Positions 50,711 to 63,460 are shown, numbered from the stretch's first letter. The stretch: 64,000 bases of DNA from Harriotta raleighana (GCA_050575255.1 JBNZDD010013633.1:3275470-3339469); one strand, 5' to 3'. Numbers and translations: made by a program. Notes: generated by a model from the sequence alone, not told the origin.

Positions 50711-51149
50711 ATCATAAGAAAGTTCAACAAAGGATACTTCAAAATATATCCTTTGGATGAACCATTTGGCAATGAATGAAGGTTGTTTTTCAGATCTAAT
50801 TCACCTTGCACAAGCTATAATGAATAACAGCTATTACAATGCATGAGCAGAGGGTTAAGTTCTATTTATGAAATGTTTGTCTCCAAGGACGCAAACATCG
50901 TATACCTCGTAGTGCCTTCAGGCAGAGCTTTGCTTATTCTGTTTGATAGTAGGAAGTGATATTTCATGTTGCTGCATAAATATTCAAATCCATGTTTAAG
51001 CCTATTTCTGATGTGCTTTATTAGTAACACGCTACAATCCTGTGTGAGAAATGGCCTTGTGCGGTCCACCTTGAATTAAAAGATGATTTCCTCTTAACAA
51101 CGAAATACAGCAACTGGTAGGAATTGGGTGGGAGGTGGGGGGGCCTTTC

Positions 51150-51440
51150 ATTTTCCTCCATCCTCCTACAGGAGTACAGTGCCAAAGGCTCTTGTATCTA
51201 CCCAAGTGGCAATTATTTATGTGTGAGCCTTGCGAATAAATGTTTGTAGGCTACTCAGTCACGGAGGTCATCACAGACAAGACAGATTCTATATTGATCT
51301 GCTGACATCCATGCACCAGCAGCATCCAGCAGGCGTTTTGTGATAGTGATGAGGAGGAGGAGCTCTCTCTGAATTTCCTTTCATTAATCCAGGATGCTGA
51401 GACCACCTGAGCTGCATTCACAGATTTGAGCCTGTACCCA
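51150..51440 (-). mobile_element. LF-SINE-like relic
   Basis: CCCAAGTGGCAATTATTTATGTGTGAGCCT..GTAGGCTA..CACGGAGGTCATCACAG..TCCAGCAGG matches the reverse complement of the recalled LF-SINE. Confidence 0.65.
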
Positions 51441-51924
51441 TCTGTTCTAAATAGCCCAATATTAAAGGGCCAGCCACATATCTAACCCGTTAATAACATC
51501 CGAAAATTGTTTCTTGAAAATTCATAAGAACTGTGAAGGAATCACTTGGTTACTGAGCCAGAATTCCCATTGGATAGATGAAAGCATTCAAATGTAGGTG
51601 TTTTGCTGACAAATCGGACAACCCAGGGAAGTGATATTAAGGATCAGTTCTTCACATGCCATTACTCTTATGGCATTTTAAAGATGTATTCTTATAGTGT
51701 AAAATTCATAAGCCCCCAATGATGGTGAGAGTGGGTGGACTCCACAGATTAAACAAGCACTGCCGAGTAGTGGAAAGTTAACCATTATTTAGTATGAATG
51801 ATAAGAATAAACAGTTTCAACAATATCCCACTTTCAAATGCACAATAGTATTGAATTGTAATGCGATTTCTTCATTGACACACTTGGGAAGTTGATGACT
51901 AAGTCAACTATTTGCTTTACGGTG

Positions 51925-52195
51925 CTAACCAGCAGTAAATAGGAACCTAGGTTGTTAAGTCAATTGGTGGGCTAATAATCCTTCAAAAGAAATCAGAGTC
52001 ACTCAATCCATGATTGTTTGTTACACATTGTTGTGTGCAATTAGCTGAGTATTTTGCTCACAAGTACATAGTCAATTCACTTTATAATATATTCTGGTGA
52101 AGTGCTTTGAGACGTCTCAATGACACAATAAGGTGGTAAATCAAATGCAAGGATTATTATTATAGTATTATCAAATACAAGAATTATTATTACTT
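51925..52195 (+). mobile_element. SINE (long variant) 3' portion
   Basis: AGCAGTAAATAGGAACC.., core, duplicated tail. Confidence 0.75.
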
Positions 52196-53320
52196 GTTGG
52201 TAAATGGATTGAAATGAGTGGTTTGGGAGTTTATAATTATTGTAAATACTCACCTCATACTAATGATGGTTAATTTACCAACCAATAGAGAGTAATAATG
52301 CACACACCACCAAAACTTGTAGCTTTAACTACAGTATTAGATATATGTAATACTTCCGAAATAATGTTCTGTTCTGTGTGTAAAAATGCTCCAGACTTTT
52401 TGCAATTTCCTAAGTAAGTATAATGTGCGTAATCTCCAGAGCAGTGATAGCACAAAGAGCTACAAAAATGGGACACAAATCACAGTTCTGCTGTTCTGCA
52501 GATCCAAAAGAAAGTTTCCATTAGGTAAAATACTCATCTAAATGCCTCTTAACATATTGAAGTGTCGCAAAGCTCTTTACAATAATTACTATCATGTGCA
52601 GTGACCCTTTTGTAGCTTAATTAAACCCAGCTTTGAACTATTTTGATCAAATAAAGCTTAATTTTAAAAGAAAGGCTGTGCCTCAGTACGAACAAGTCAG
52701 CTCACAAGTGGTGCCTCAGGGAGTCCACTTTGGATTATAGTACAGTCGTATTAAATTTTGCTTTGATGGAAAAAAAATTTTTTCTGACAATCATCTATGT
52801 TACATCTTTTGAAATATTTCAAAGTCATGTGGTCCTCAGAATAACAATTGTCTCAGGCAGAAATGCTCTAATGGTTAGAGTATGCTTCCTGCATCACTCA
52901 GGAATTGCAATATTTCCTACTTCTTTTTTAGAACAATCTTATTAAAAATCTCCCTCTCCCCACCTCTTTATACAATTGCCATCGCTTCCCAGGTTAAATA
53001 CAGGTTTGCCTAGATGTACACCTAACTGTGTGTACTGTGTACCCATGCTAACCAAAAGCACAGTGCACCCAAATTCCAGCAATAGAAATGTGACGTCTAA
53101 TTAATTCATTATAGTTTCAGGGGTGAATTTGAATGAGGAAGAAAAATGTACCAAGATAACTATGACTATGGTAGTCCTGTACTGTTCAATGCAAAATAGC
53201 AAGATTTCTAAACTGTTCTTAAACCTTTATTTGCCTCGCTGAATTCTGAAATATTTGCACCTATTACTGAATCCTGTGTGTGTGTTATGTCAAGCCAGAT
53301 ACAATGTTATTCCTGTATGT

Positions 53321-53630
53321 GAGTCCTGTTTCTCAGTGGTTAGAGGTTCAGTTCCAGGCAGGGTAAAATCTTAGTTACATGTGTTTCCTAATAATACATT
53401 TAACAACTCATAATACATTTAATAGCAATAATAATACCTAAAAAAACAATAATAATTTGGTCATGTCAATCCATGACTGTTTGTGGGACACTGCTGCGCG
53501 CAATTGGCTGTTGCTTTTCACCCACGTATATACAATCAGTTCACTTCACAGTACGTTCTGTGAAGTATTTTGAGATGACCAGACGACATGAAAAGCGCTT
53601 TATCAAATGCAAGGATTGTTTTATTATATA
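53321..53630 (+). mobile_element. tRNA-derived SINE, diverged
   Basis: GAGTCCTG..CTCAGTGGTTAGAG head, core, tail. Confidence 0.8.
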
Positions 53631-54684
53631 ACACATTCCACTCTGTGTTACTTACTCTTTGAGCAGCACGCTTCGGATTATGTGTTTTCCTATCAGTAGC
53701 ACGCTCCAGCTGCATGCTGTTGATACATATTTGAGTACAACTATTCTTTTGGTCTTTTAGAGGGCTGCTGTGCTCTTGTAATCGAAGAAAGTAATCTTGT
53801 TCAATCAGCTTCATGAAAATTGCTTGCAATTTATTACAAACTAAAAATACCAGTGACCCAACAGCGAGACCTTTACACAGTGAATGATAGTGCCTTGACC
53901 GGGCCACAACACAAGTCCCCTGGTGCACGTTCATTTATTCAGGGGCACCCAAGGTTAAGAGGCTGTTTCTAACAGATAATTAATAAACCATGACCCCTGA
54001 CACTCTGACAAGTAATCTGACAACCTGAATTTTCTCTTTACGGTATTAGTTCCTCTGTAGAAGGCTTTGCTGATTGGCATAAAGATTGATTTTTGCTGGC
54101 AGGGTACTTGACGTCATTCGGTTAAAAAGGGGGAGGAAGCACAAACAATGTGTGGAATGCTGGAGACTCTGTGATAGCAGGTTGCTATTCTAAGTAAACT
54201 CTATTATGTATTGTTTAATGACTCTTACCATTGTGGCTTCTTTCAACATAGTTTATGTTCTCTCCTTCAATTTTCTTCCCCTCCCCTCCCGAAGACACTT
54301 GACTCCTTTATCCTTTTCTACAAGGTTACAGTTCAGACAATGATCATGTTCCCCAACCCCCCCACCCCTCCCCCCAAGGTATCTTGTCCAAGTGGCCACT
54401 GTTCCTGTGTAAGCCTCAGTCATAAGGTTTCATTTGTGATGTTAGCAAAAAATTAGTAAGTGCGAATCTGATATCTGATTAATATCTGAAAAGCACCAAA
54501 GTGCAGAAGAAAAGGAGACCAAAACACGATCTCCTCCAGGCTGTCAGTTTCACTCTCCAGTCCTTTTCACATTTTGACAGCTTTCAAACATTGCTTGACC
54601 CCTCAGGCTGAATGCGTTGGCCCAAAGTAATGCTTTTCACTCTTGACCATTGACCAAAAGAAACATTCCAGCATTTGTCTTTGG

Positions 54685-54830
54685 CCAATGGTCAGGAGTG
54701 AAAACGGTGGCTGATTTTCCACTCCCTAAATTGGGGCGGTCTATTGTAACACTCCAACTGTTGTCCCAGCTAATTCAGCACAGCCTGTGATTGAAACCAT
54801 CAGCTGTCTGCATGATTACACCAAAGATAC
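54685..54830 (-). mobile_element. LF-SINE-like 5' fragment
   Basis: TCAGGAG..TGGCTGATTTTCCACTCCCTA..ATTGTA..CAGCTAATTCAGCACAG. Confidence 0.6.
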
Positions 54831-55079
54831 CTTTCATTTACTGGGTCATTGAGACAGCTGTATTACCATAGTGGTATTATATTTGACTGCAAGGCCAATG
54901 AGGCTTGAATTGTGCAATGACATTTGCACAACAATTTACATTGTACAGTTCATGTCCTGTGATGAGAATATCTCAAAGCACTTCACACAGGTTACTGGGA
55001 GCTCCAGGTAGGGCCAATTGGAGGACGTTTGAGGAGAGGGGGTGGAAGGTGTGTGAAAGCACATCAAAAAGATAGCTCT

Positions 55080-55925
55080 TAAAATCATCCAGAACTCTGC
55101 AGTTTGTGTCCTCATCCGCACCAAGCTCCGCAACCACATCACTCCCACTCTAGCCCAGCTCCATTGGTTCCTTATCCCCCAGAGAATCAAATTCAAGATC
55201 CTCGTCCTCACCTTCAAGGCCATGTCTAGCCTTTCCCCCCCACCCATCTCTCCGACTTGCTGTTCCCCTATGAACCTCCTCGCCCCGTCTATTCAGCGGG
55301 CTCTGGCCTGCTTCATGTCCCCTGCCTGACCTGCCATCCCATAGCCCCTCCGCCTCTCTCCCTCATAATAATAATAATAATAATCCTTGCATTTGATATA
55401 GCGCTTTTCACATCTTATCAACGTCCCAAAGCGCTTCACAGAATATACTGTAAAGTGAATTGACTGTATATTTGTGGGCAGAACGCGGCAGCCAATTGCG
55501 CACAGCACTGTCCCACAAACAGTCATAGATTGAAATGACCAATTTTATTATTATGTTTTTTTTTGGAGGGATTATTATTATTATTAGGCATGTGGAGTAA
55601 GGAAACTTGCCCAAGGTTTCGCCCTGATCTGCCTGGATTCGAACACAGGTCTCATGCTTGTAAGGCATGTAAGGCGAGTGCTCTAACCACTGAGCCACAG
55701 GAGCTCCACAAAGGCTCATCTCCTTCAAGGCTGGTCTCAAGACCCTCCTCTTCAACTGTGCCTTCTGCTGCCCTTCCAACTTTCTCTCTCCACTCCTAAC
55801 TCTCTCGCATTCCTTCCCCCCTACCCTGCCCCTTTCCCCTGCTCGGGTCCCAACCTTACTGTTCAGCGCCTTGGGACATCCTTCCAATGTGAAAGGTGCT
55901 ATATAAATGTGATTTTTTTATTTTT
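55080..55925 (+). mobile_element. L2 LINE 3' portion, split by a SINE at 55365-55709
   Basis: IIQNSAV..L..LHWFLIPQRIKFKILVLTFKA; resumes CTCCTTCAAGGCTGGTCTCAAGACC after the SINE; L2 tail. Confidence 0.9.
55365..55709 (-). mobile_element. Full-length tRNA-derived SINE (young subfamily)
   Basis: Long clean (TAA)n tail, CpG-rich, diagnostic GCCCTGATCTGCCTGG; 10-bp duplication in the anticodon region. Confidence 0.93.
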
Positions 55926-55934
55926 AAAGTGAGT

Positions 55935-56400
55935 TTTAAGAAGGGAAGGGGAGCGAAGGGGCTAGGAGGAAGTACTCTGGAATGAAGTTCCAGGGAACAG
56001 GGGCAGAATGACTGAAAGCATAGCCACCGATGATGAAGTAGAAAAGATAGGGGACCTGAAGCATTCCAGTGTTGTTAAATAAATTGAGTAGTTGGAACAG
56101 TAGATTGTTGTAGAGGAACATGGAATAAGGCTGTGAAGGGTTTGAATAAAGGAAGAGAATTTGAGTTCATTCTGCTGGGGTGTGGGGAGGCAGTGGAGCT
56201 GATGGATGATTGGGATGATGGGCTCACAGAGACTGGTTTACAATAGGACATAAATTGTGAAGTTCTGTATGATCTGTAATGTGTATAGTGATTAACTGAT
56301 GAAGCTGGCAAGTGGGACATTGGAACAACCAAACCTGAACGTGATGAAGGTTTGAATGAGGATCTCAGTAGTCCAAGGGGAAGAGGTACTGGTTGAGGCC
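55935..56400 (-). mobile_element. Older L2 LINE fragment
   Basis: Reverse translation IGGYAFSHSAPVPWNFIPE..LAPSL. Confidence 0.65.
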
Positions 56401-56456
56401 AAGAGCAGAACCTCAGTTCAGTGTCTGAGGTGAAAAGGAACTGATGAGAGATGAGC

Positions 56457-56770
56457 ATAATAATAATCTTTGCATTTGAAAATCCTTGCATTTGATATAG
56501 CACTTTTCACATCATCTAGACGTCTCAAAGCACTTCACAGAATATATCGTAAAGTGAACTGACTGTTTTTATGGGTGAAATATGGCAGCCAATTGCACAC
56601 AGCAGTGTCCCACAAACAGTCATGGATTAAAGTGACCAATTTATTATTGTTTTTTTTCAAGGAATTATTATCAGGCATGTGGATAAGGAAATTTGCCCAG
56701 GGTTTCACCTTGCCTGGAATTGAACCCAGGTTTCAAGGCGAGTGCTCTGACCACTGAACTACAGGACTCC
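56457..56770 (-). mobile_element. Full-length tRNA-derived SINE
   Basis: Tail, core, head ..GAGTGCTCTGACCACTGAACTACAGGACTCC. Confidence 0.9.
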
Positions 56771-57319
56771 TCAAAGGATCGCCTTGATGTTGTGAACAAT
56801 GTGCTCTATAATGAGTTCTACCTAACCCACCAACCGCCTGAGGATTTGTTCTGTGGGGGATGCTCCCTAATTAGCAAAGGTAAACCTGGCACACAATAAC
56901 TGCACAACATTCAACGCCCCTCACATCTGGCATATCATGTCAAAGCGTCTCAAAGAGCGTCACATGTAACTGCTGTCAACCTGTGCTTTTGTAGCCAACC
57001 CAGCCTGCCAATCTGTTGACCAGGACAAAGAGGAACCTTGCTTCCCTTTTCAAACAGTGTCATGGGACCATGAACTGAGCCAAACTGACACAATTTAACC
57101 CAGTCCTTGTGCCAGATGATATTATTCACCCAGTCCCAACCGCAGCAGCACAGGAAACATCATGTACTGTTGATTAGTGAGCATCTTATCTCAGACAACA
57201 GCAATCCTGTAACTTCCAATAAAATCAATTGCCACAGCATCAACAGTTTGTGTCAGGTGTTTATCCCTCGTATCCTTTTCACTGAGAGGGAGAAAAATAT
57301 TTATTCCAATCTCTAGGAT

Positions 57320-58595
57320 TGACAGCATCAGCATCCAAGGCTGCACTCTCCACCTCGCAAAGCCAGTCAGGAACCTCGGTGTTCTATTTGACCCTGAGCT
57401 GTCCTTTCTCCCCCACATCCGCGCCACAACTGGCATTGCCTTCCACCACCTCCGGAACATNNNNNNNNNNNNNNNNNNNNNNNNNNNNNNNNNNNNNNNN
57501 NNNNNNNNNNNNNNNNNNNNNNNNNNNNNNNNNNNNNNNNNNNNNNNNNNNNNNNNNNNNNNNNNNNNNNNNNNNNNNNNNNNNNNNNNNNNNNNNNNNN
57601 NNNNNNNNNNNNNNNNNNNNNNNNNNNNNNNNNNNNNNNNNNNNNNNNNNNNNNNNNNNNNNNNNNNNNNNNNNNNNNNNNNNNNNNNNNNNNNNNNNNN
57701 NNNNNNNNNNNNNNNNNNNNNNNNNNNNNNNNNNNNNNNNNNNNNNNNNNNNNNNNNNNNNNNNNNNNNNNNNNNNNNNNNNNNNNNNNNNNNNNNNNNN
57801 NNNNNNNNNNNNNNNNNNNNNNNNNNNNNNNNNNNNNNNNNNNNNNNNNNNNNNNNNNNNNNNNNNNNNNNNNNNNNNNNNNNNNNNNNNNNNNNNNNNN
57901 NNNNNNNNNNNNNNNNNNNNNNNNNNNNNNNNNNNNNNNNNNNNNNNNNNNNNNNNNNNNNNNNNNNNNNNNNNNNNNNNNNNNNNNNNNNNNNNNNNNN
58001 NNNNNNNNNNNNNNNNNNNNNNNNNNNNNNNNNNNNNNNNNNNNNNNNNNNNNNNNNNNNNNNNNNNNNNNNNNNNNNNNNNNNNNNNNNNNNNNNNNNN
58101 NNNNNNNNNNNNNNNNNNNNNNNNNNNNNNNNNNNNNNNNNNNNNNNNNNNNNNNNNNNNNNNNNNNNNNNNNNNNNNNNNNNNNNNNNNNNNNNNNNNN
58201 NNNNNNNNNNNNNNNNNNNNNNNNNNNNNNNNNNNNNNNNNNNNNNNNNNNNNNNNNNNNNNNNNNNNNNNNNNNNNNNNNNNNNNNNNNNNNNNNNNNN
58301 NNNNNNNNNNNNNNNNNNNNNNNNNNNNNNNNNNNNNNNNNNNNNNNNNNNNNNNNNNNNNNNNNNNNNNNNNNNNNNNNNNNNNNNNNNNNNNNNNNNN
58401 NNNNNNNNNNNNNNNNNNNNNNNNNNNNNNNNNNNNNNNNNNNNNNNTCCTCCTTGCTCCCACCCTCCCCCTCCCCCCTCGCCCCGAACATTTCCCCCTG
58501 CTCGGGTCTTAAATCATCTGTCCAGCGCCTTGGGACGTCCTCCTGACGTGAAACGCGCTCTATAAATGTAATTTTGTTGTTGTTGTTGTTGTTGT
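57320..58595 (+). mobile_element. L2 LINE spanning the assembly gap
   Basis: PVRNLGVLFDPELSFLPHI..AFHHLRN before the gap; L2 3' UTR and (GTT)n tail after it. Confidence 0.8.
57461..58447. other. Assembly gap (987 N)
   Basis: Run of N. Confidence 1.
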
Positions 58596-59219
58596 AGGAT
58601 TGTTGAGGCTGATTATGCCCACTATCTCTGTGCTCAGAGTCCAAGTCAATAGTTTACTTACATCATCTATTACCTCTCGGTTATCGAAAAACCTGGATGA
58701 ACTCTTCACTTTACAGAAAAAAACAAATTCAGCTCTGGGATTCAATTATCTTAAAAAATGGAAATCGCCATTTGCTTTGCATATTCTAAAAGAATGGTGG
58801 TAGGTTTCTGTATGAGATAGGCACCCAACTAACCAAAATATCAACTCAAACTTTCAATGCAAATTAAAATGAGGAAACCCTTCAGGACATTTGATTTAAA
58901 TCCTCCCGAATATGCACGCTACTGCCTTCCCCATTACAACATCAAGTTGTTTTTTAAACAGCATCAGTGTCCTGACCTCTATCACCCTTTTCTGGTAACT
59001 CTTCCTGATATTGATTACTCTGTGTAAATTCATAATGTAGATAATATGTTGTCCGATAGAAATCGCTGACTAGGCACAGGCGTGGCTACTGCCTACAATA
59101 ATCTATGCCACCATCTCAAAATGTAGCTGCATGGATTGAGGTAACCTTTACTTGGATATAACAACAAAATTGCATTTACAGAGTGCCTTTCACATCAAGA
59201 TAGATGGAGGAATATCGCG

Positions 59220-59475
59220 TGAAACAACAACAACTTGTGCTTATATACAGTAGCGCCCTTCACGCAGGGTAGCCGCTCAGAGCACTTAACAATGGCGGAG
59301 CCTGACTCCAAGATGGTGAGGTAATGTGGGAGGAGTCGAAAAGCAAGGTTTTCAGGTGGAAATTTATAAAGGGGAGGGAGGGGACAAGACAGAGGAACTG
59401 AGGGAGAGTGTTCCATAATTTTGGGGTCTAGTGGCTGAGAGGTAAGCAGCCAGAGCCAGTCGAGCAGAGACACCG
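59220..59475 (-). mobile_element. L2 LINE 3' fragment
   Basis: AACAACAACTTG..GCGCCCTTCACG..CTCAGAGCACTTAACA..GGAGCCTGACTC. Confidence 0.7.
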
Positions 59476-59486
59476 GGTGGTGGATT

Positions 59487-59955
59487 ATAATAATAATAAT
59501 AATCCTTACATATATATAGCGCTTTCCACATCTAATGGAAGTCTCAAAGTGCTTCACAGAATACAACAACGTCCCAAGGTAGAGACCAGAGCAGGGGGGC
59601 GAAGGGTCAGGATAGGGAGAAGAAAAAAGGGGGTGAACGAGGTTGGGACCAGAGCAAGTGGGGAGGGGTCGTGGTAGAGTGAAGGAGAGTAGGAAAATTG
59701 ACCGTATATCTGTGGGCGAACGCAGTAGCCAAATTGCACACAACAGTATTCCATAAAGTCGTGGAAATGGGGTTAGGGAGGAAGGGGGAAAAGAGGGCAA
59801 GGGGAGGGGTCGGGGTGGGGGAAGGAGAGCAGGAAAACCGACTGTATAGTTGTGGGTGAAATCTGGATTGGGGAGTGAGGAGGTCAGAGAGGGAGGGAGA
59901 TGTGAGGGAGTGAAATAATTTATATACAAGTGTGAGGATCTTGAAGTCGAATGTA
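59487..59955 (-). mobile_element. Composite repeat: L2 ORF2 end, SINE-core units, SINE tail
   Basis: Reverse strand reads FDFKILTLVYKLFHSLTSPSLSDLLTP, then units homologous to 40100-40330, then GGATTATTATT tail. Confidence 0.75.
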
Positions 59956-59959
59956 ATGT

Positions 59960-60472
59960 CAATTTGCTCACAACAATGTCCCACAAAATGTAATGGAGTA
60001 AATAATCAATTATATCTGCAAAATTGTTGACCAGGACAGAAAACTTTCTCTATTTTTGAAACATGGCATAGAATCTTTAGAGTTCACCTGAACAGTTAGA
60101 CATTTCCTCAGTTTAATGTTACCTGAAAAGGACAATACCTCCTTTTGGTGGGGGTGGGGGGATTCAATTACCAGGCAAGGTGAAACATTGGGCAAGTTTC
60201 CTTACTCCACACCCCTGTTTACCTCGCAGCAAGTAGGAACCCAGCTGGTAGATGATTGGTGGATCACTTTTCCAGGTATAATAAACCCCTCAAAAAACTT
60301 GAAAAGCACTAGATCAAATGCAAGGATTATTATTATTATTACCTCTACAATGCAGTGCACCAATAGCACTTTATTGGGGCCTAGCATATATGAGTACAAG
60401 TTCTAACATTGTGTTCTAACACAATCTTCTGACCCGGTGATTAGAGTGCTACTGAATGAGCTAGGCTGACAC
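59960..60472 (-). mobile_element. Deu-domain SINE interrupted by an internally deleted + strand SINE (~60160-60340)
   Basis: TTGACCAGGACA..CACCTGAACAG Deu motifs; TACCTC on both sides of the insert. Confidence 0.7.
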
Positions 60473-61084
60473 TTGGCTCAGTCAATTGCACACAATTTTT
60501 GTTTAGCTTGGCTGTTAACAATTTCACATTGACTGGAAACTTTCAGCAATGATGATAATCAGTTCCTTCTCCTTTGTCTCTGTTAATGGGCCCATTGTGC
60601 ACACTTTCACTGTTTCCTGTTCCAATGTGTATTACCTTACACATCACATTAAATCTACATTAAATTCCACATGCTGTCTGTTCAATTTGTCCAGATCCCT
60701 TTTTGAATAGTGTTTATATTCCTTTCAGCTAACACTTGACCACACAACCATATGTTGCAATGTTGCAGCAAATGCTTTCCACCAAGTTGTGAATGAATAT
60801 TTATTTTCAGGGCAAGGTGCTGCAAGGTACTGCTGTCAATCTGAAAAGCAATCAAATTCTCCTGCTTCACTGACAATTGCTCTGCTCCAATGCTATTCTC
60901 AATTATCGAGATCAGCATTTGAGAGCAGCTGAAAACAGGATACTGACTTAATTCAGTCACTACACTGTAAATGCTGTCTCCAGAAAAATAAAATAAAGTG
61001 GCTCAGTTGTATCCAGAGTTCAAGATCCTGCTAATTGTTTTCATGGCTCAAAAAGGATGAATTCAATGTGCTGAATTAATAATG

Positions 61085-61499
61085 ATACTTGTTACATTTG
61101 ATACAGCGCCTTTCCTTATGTCGGAAAGTCGGCTCAAAGCGTTTCACCAGATTTACTTACTTATTTATTGGCAAACATGGCAGCACAATTGGGCGTAGCA
61201 TTGTCCCACAAATGGCTATGAAAAAATTACCAATTCTAACAATTCTATTTTTGGAAATTGATGGCCAGGACACCAGGAGAAACTCTCTTCTCCAATGGTG
61301 CCACAGGGTCTGTAACTTCCACCTGAACAGTCAGGTTTAAAGTCTCTTCCGAAAGACGGCACCTTCGACAATCCACCTCCCGAACTCCCCAACTGCATAG
61401 GAGCGTCAGGTTTGACTGTGAGTTCACAAACCGATGTGGGATTCAACCCCACAACCTTCTGACTCAGAGGCAAGAGTACTACTGAGCCAAGTTGACACT
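61085..61499 (-). mobile_element. Deu-domain SINE, near full length
   Basis: TGGCCAGGACACCAGGAGAAACTC..CCACCTGAACAG..TCCGAAAGACGGCACCTTCGACAAT; head AACCTTCTGACTCAGAGGC..ACTGAGCCAAGTTGACAC. Confidence 0.85.
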
Positions 61500-61985
61500 A
61501 ACTATCACATCAAATGCAATATGAAACATTACAAGTTTCACCCGCTGTGATTCTATGATTATTTGTCTGCATTGTCGAGCATTCACAGTCCTTTTTAGGC
61601 CCCAAACTCCATACCTTCCCCCCTGAGATGGAGGATAAGTAGCTTGTTATCAGTACGTTGCCAGCACTGCTGTTAAAGCGTGCAGATGTTTTCAAGAACA
61701 GAGTAGTTCACCGCCCTCGCCCACACAAACACCACCTCTTCCTTTCTCCTTTTCCCTCCCACAGAGGAATTTATCCCCTGGTGGTACTTGTCATGGGAGG
61801 CCTAGCTGAGATCAAAAATACATGAGTTCACTGGGCATTCTGCCACTAGGGCGTTGTTGCCTGAATGTTAAAATCCTGGAGCAAAACAAAGTCTTATCAA
61901 AGGAACTTTGAAGAAAGCTGTGTAAACAAGAAAAGAGTGGTCCTATGTTTTATTGGTCTTTTTAGTTTTTATGGAATAGTGCACG

Positions 61986-62992
61986 TAAGGATTACAATCC
62001 TGGTGCTTTTTCGGATTCGTGGAATTTAGAATCTTTAAGGCCCCAATTCCCAGCATCCCGAAATGCTAAAGCTTTCCTCAGAAATATATTTTGGAACTCA
62101 GCCAAGGGTGCTGGTGCTACATAGCTTCCTCTCCCTGAACCAGTCACTGACTCACCTCCCTCTCTGCCTATCTCAGCAACACAGCGGCTTAATAACAAGC
62201 AAATGAATGAGGCAGCCAGCAAGGTAGGTGGGTAGTTGCTGGTGGGCAGAGGGTTAATGATGGTGATGATAGAGATACTACTGAGAGAGAGAGAAAAGGG
62301 GGACATTAAAATAATAATCCTTGCATTTGATATAGGGCCTCATCACATTGGTGATAAGCACTTAATGGAATATACTTTAAAGCACTTCACGGAATATACT
62401 GTAAAGTGGATTGATGTCAATTTTGGGGACGAAATGCAGCGGCCAACTGCGCACAGCAGTGTCCCACAAATAGTCTTGGATTCAATTTTACTTAGAGGTA
62501 ACACAGGTGGTCTAAACGAGAGTTAATGGCACAAACAGAGGGAGAGAAGATACATACAGAGACATAGATGTACATTCACAAAGAAACTGGAGGATGATTG
62601 GCATATATAAGGGGAGAGACTGAAAGAATATCAACTATAGAGAGCAAGAGAAATAGTGATACAGTAACATACAGGAGAGAGACTGCCAGAAGGTGAGTAA
62701 TGAAACACCAACGATGAAACAGATGAACAAACACTCGGAGAAAGTAACAACTGTGAAGTTTTTGTGTGTATATGTGTAGGGGTGGAGGGATTAGACAAAA
62801 GCGAGAGAGAGAGAGAGAGCAAACAATTCAATGATGGACAGAAGGTGACTTTGCCTTTGGTTTTTTTTAATATAATCCCCAAATCCTTCAATTCTCTTTT
62901 ATAAATTCTGTAAATCCTGGGATTTCGGGAACACCATATTCATATGGGTTCCCAGAATCCTGGGATCAGGATTTCCGGGGTTGTAATCCCTA
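61986..62992. mobile_element. Non-autonomous hAT-like DNA transposon
   Basis: TIR TAAGGATTACAATCCTGG vs right-end reverse complement TAGGGATTACAACCCCGG; subterminal ATCCCG/GGGAT repeats; flanks AGTGCACG and AGCACACT. Confidence 0.65.
62308..62485 (-). mobile_element. SINE 3' half nested in the hAT-like element
   Basis: AATAATCCTTGCATTTGATATAG..GCGCACAGCAGTGTCCCACAAA. Confidence 0.8.
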
Positions 62993-63334
62993 AGCACACT
63001 GATACAGACCTCTCTCACTGAAACAAAACATCTGCAGTGAAGTGTACTGCTGTTTGTTTTGTGCGCTGAAGCAAACTGATCATGTGCATGGCACTGTATG
63101 GATGGTGTGTATTCGGAATAACATAACTACCTCCAAAACTGGCATCTATTATGCAAGTTGTGCAAGCCTTGTGTAAATGTACAAGTTTTAAACGAGTTGT
63201 GTGAGCCATATGCACCAAGGTTATTATAGGTGCCACTAGGTATGTAATTGAAAATCAATTGGAATAATTACAAATAACTATAAAATTATTTTTCTTGGTT
63301 GTTAAATATGGTTAAAGGCACCTAGAATTTATAA

Positions 63335-63460
63335 TAATAATGAACCTTGTATTTAATGTAATAATATTCCTTGCATTTTATATAGTGCCTTATCATGTCG
63401 ATAAGATGTATCAAAACACTTTACAAGAAAGTTCTTTGACTCTGTATTTTGTGGGTGAAT
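63335..63460 (-). mobile_element. SINE tail fragment
   Basis: TCCTTGCATTTTATATAGTGCCTTATCA..CTGTATTTTGTGGGTGAA. Confidence 0.65.

Noticed and set aside
57319-58644. Longest ORFs (359-425 aa)
   Set aside because: They are open only because they run through the N gap.
59195-59986. 263-aa Pro/Ser/Leu-rich ORF
   Set aside because: Reads through pyrimidine-rich L2/SINE composite repeats; low-complexity artefact.
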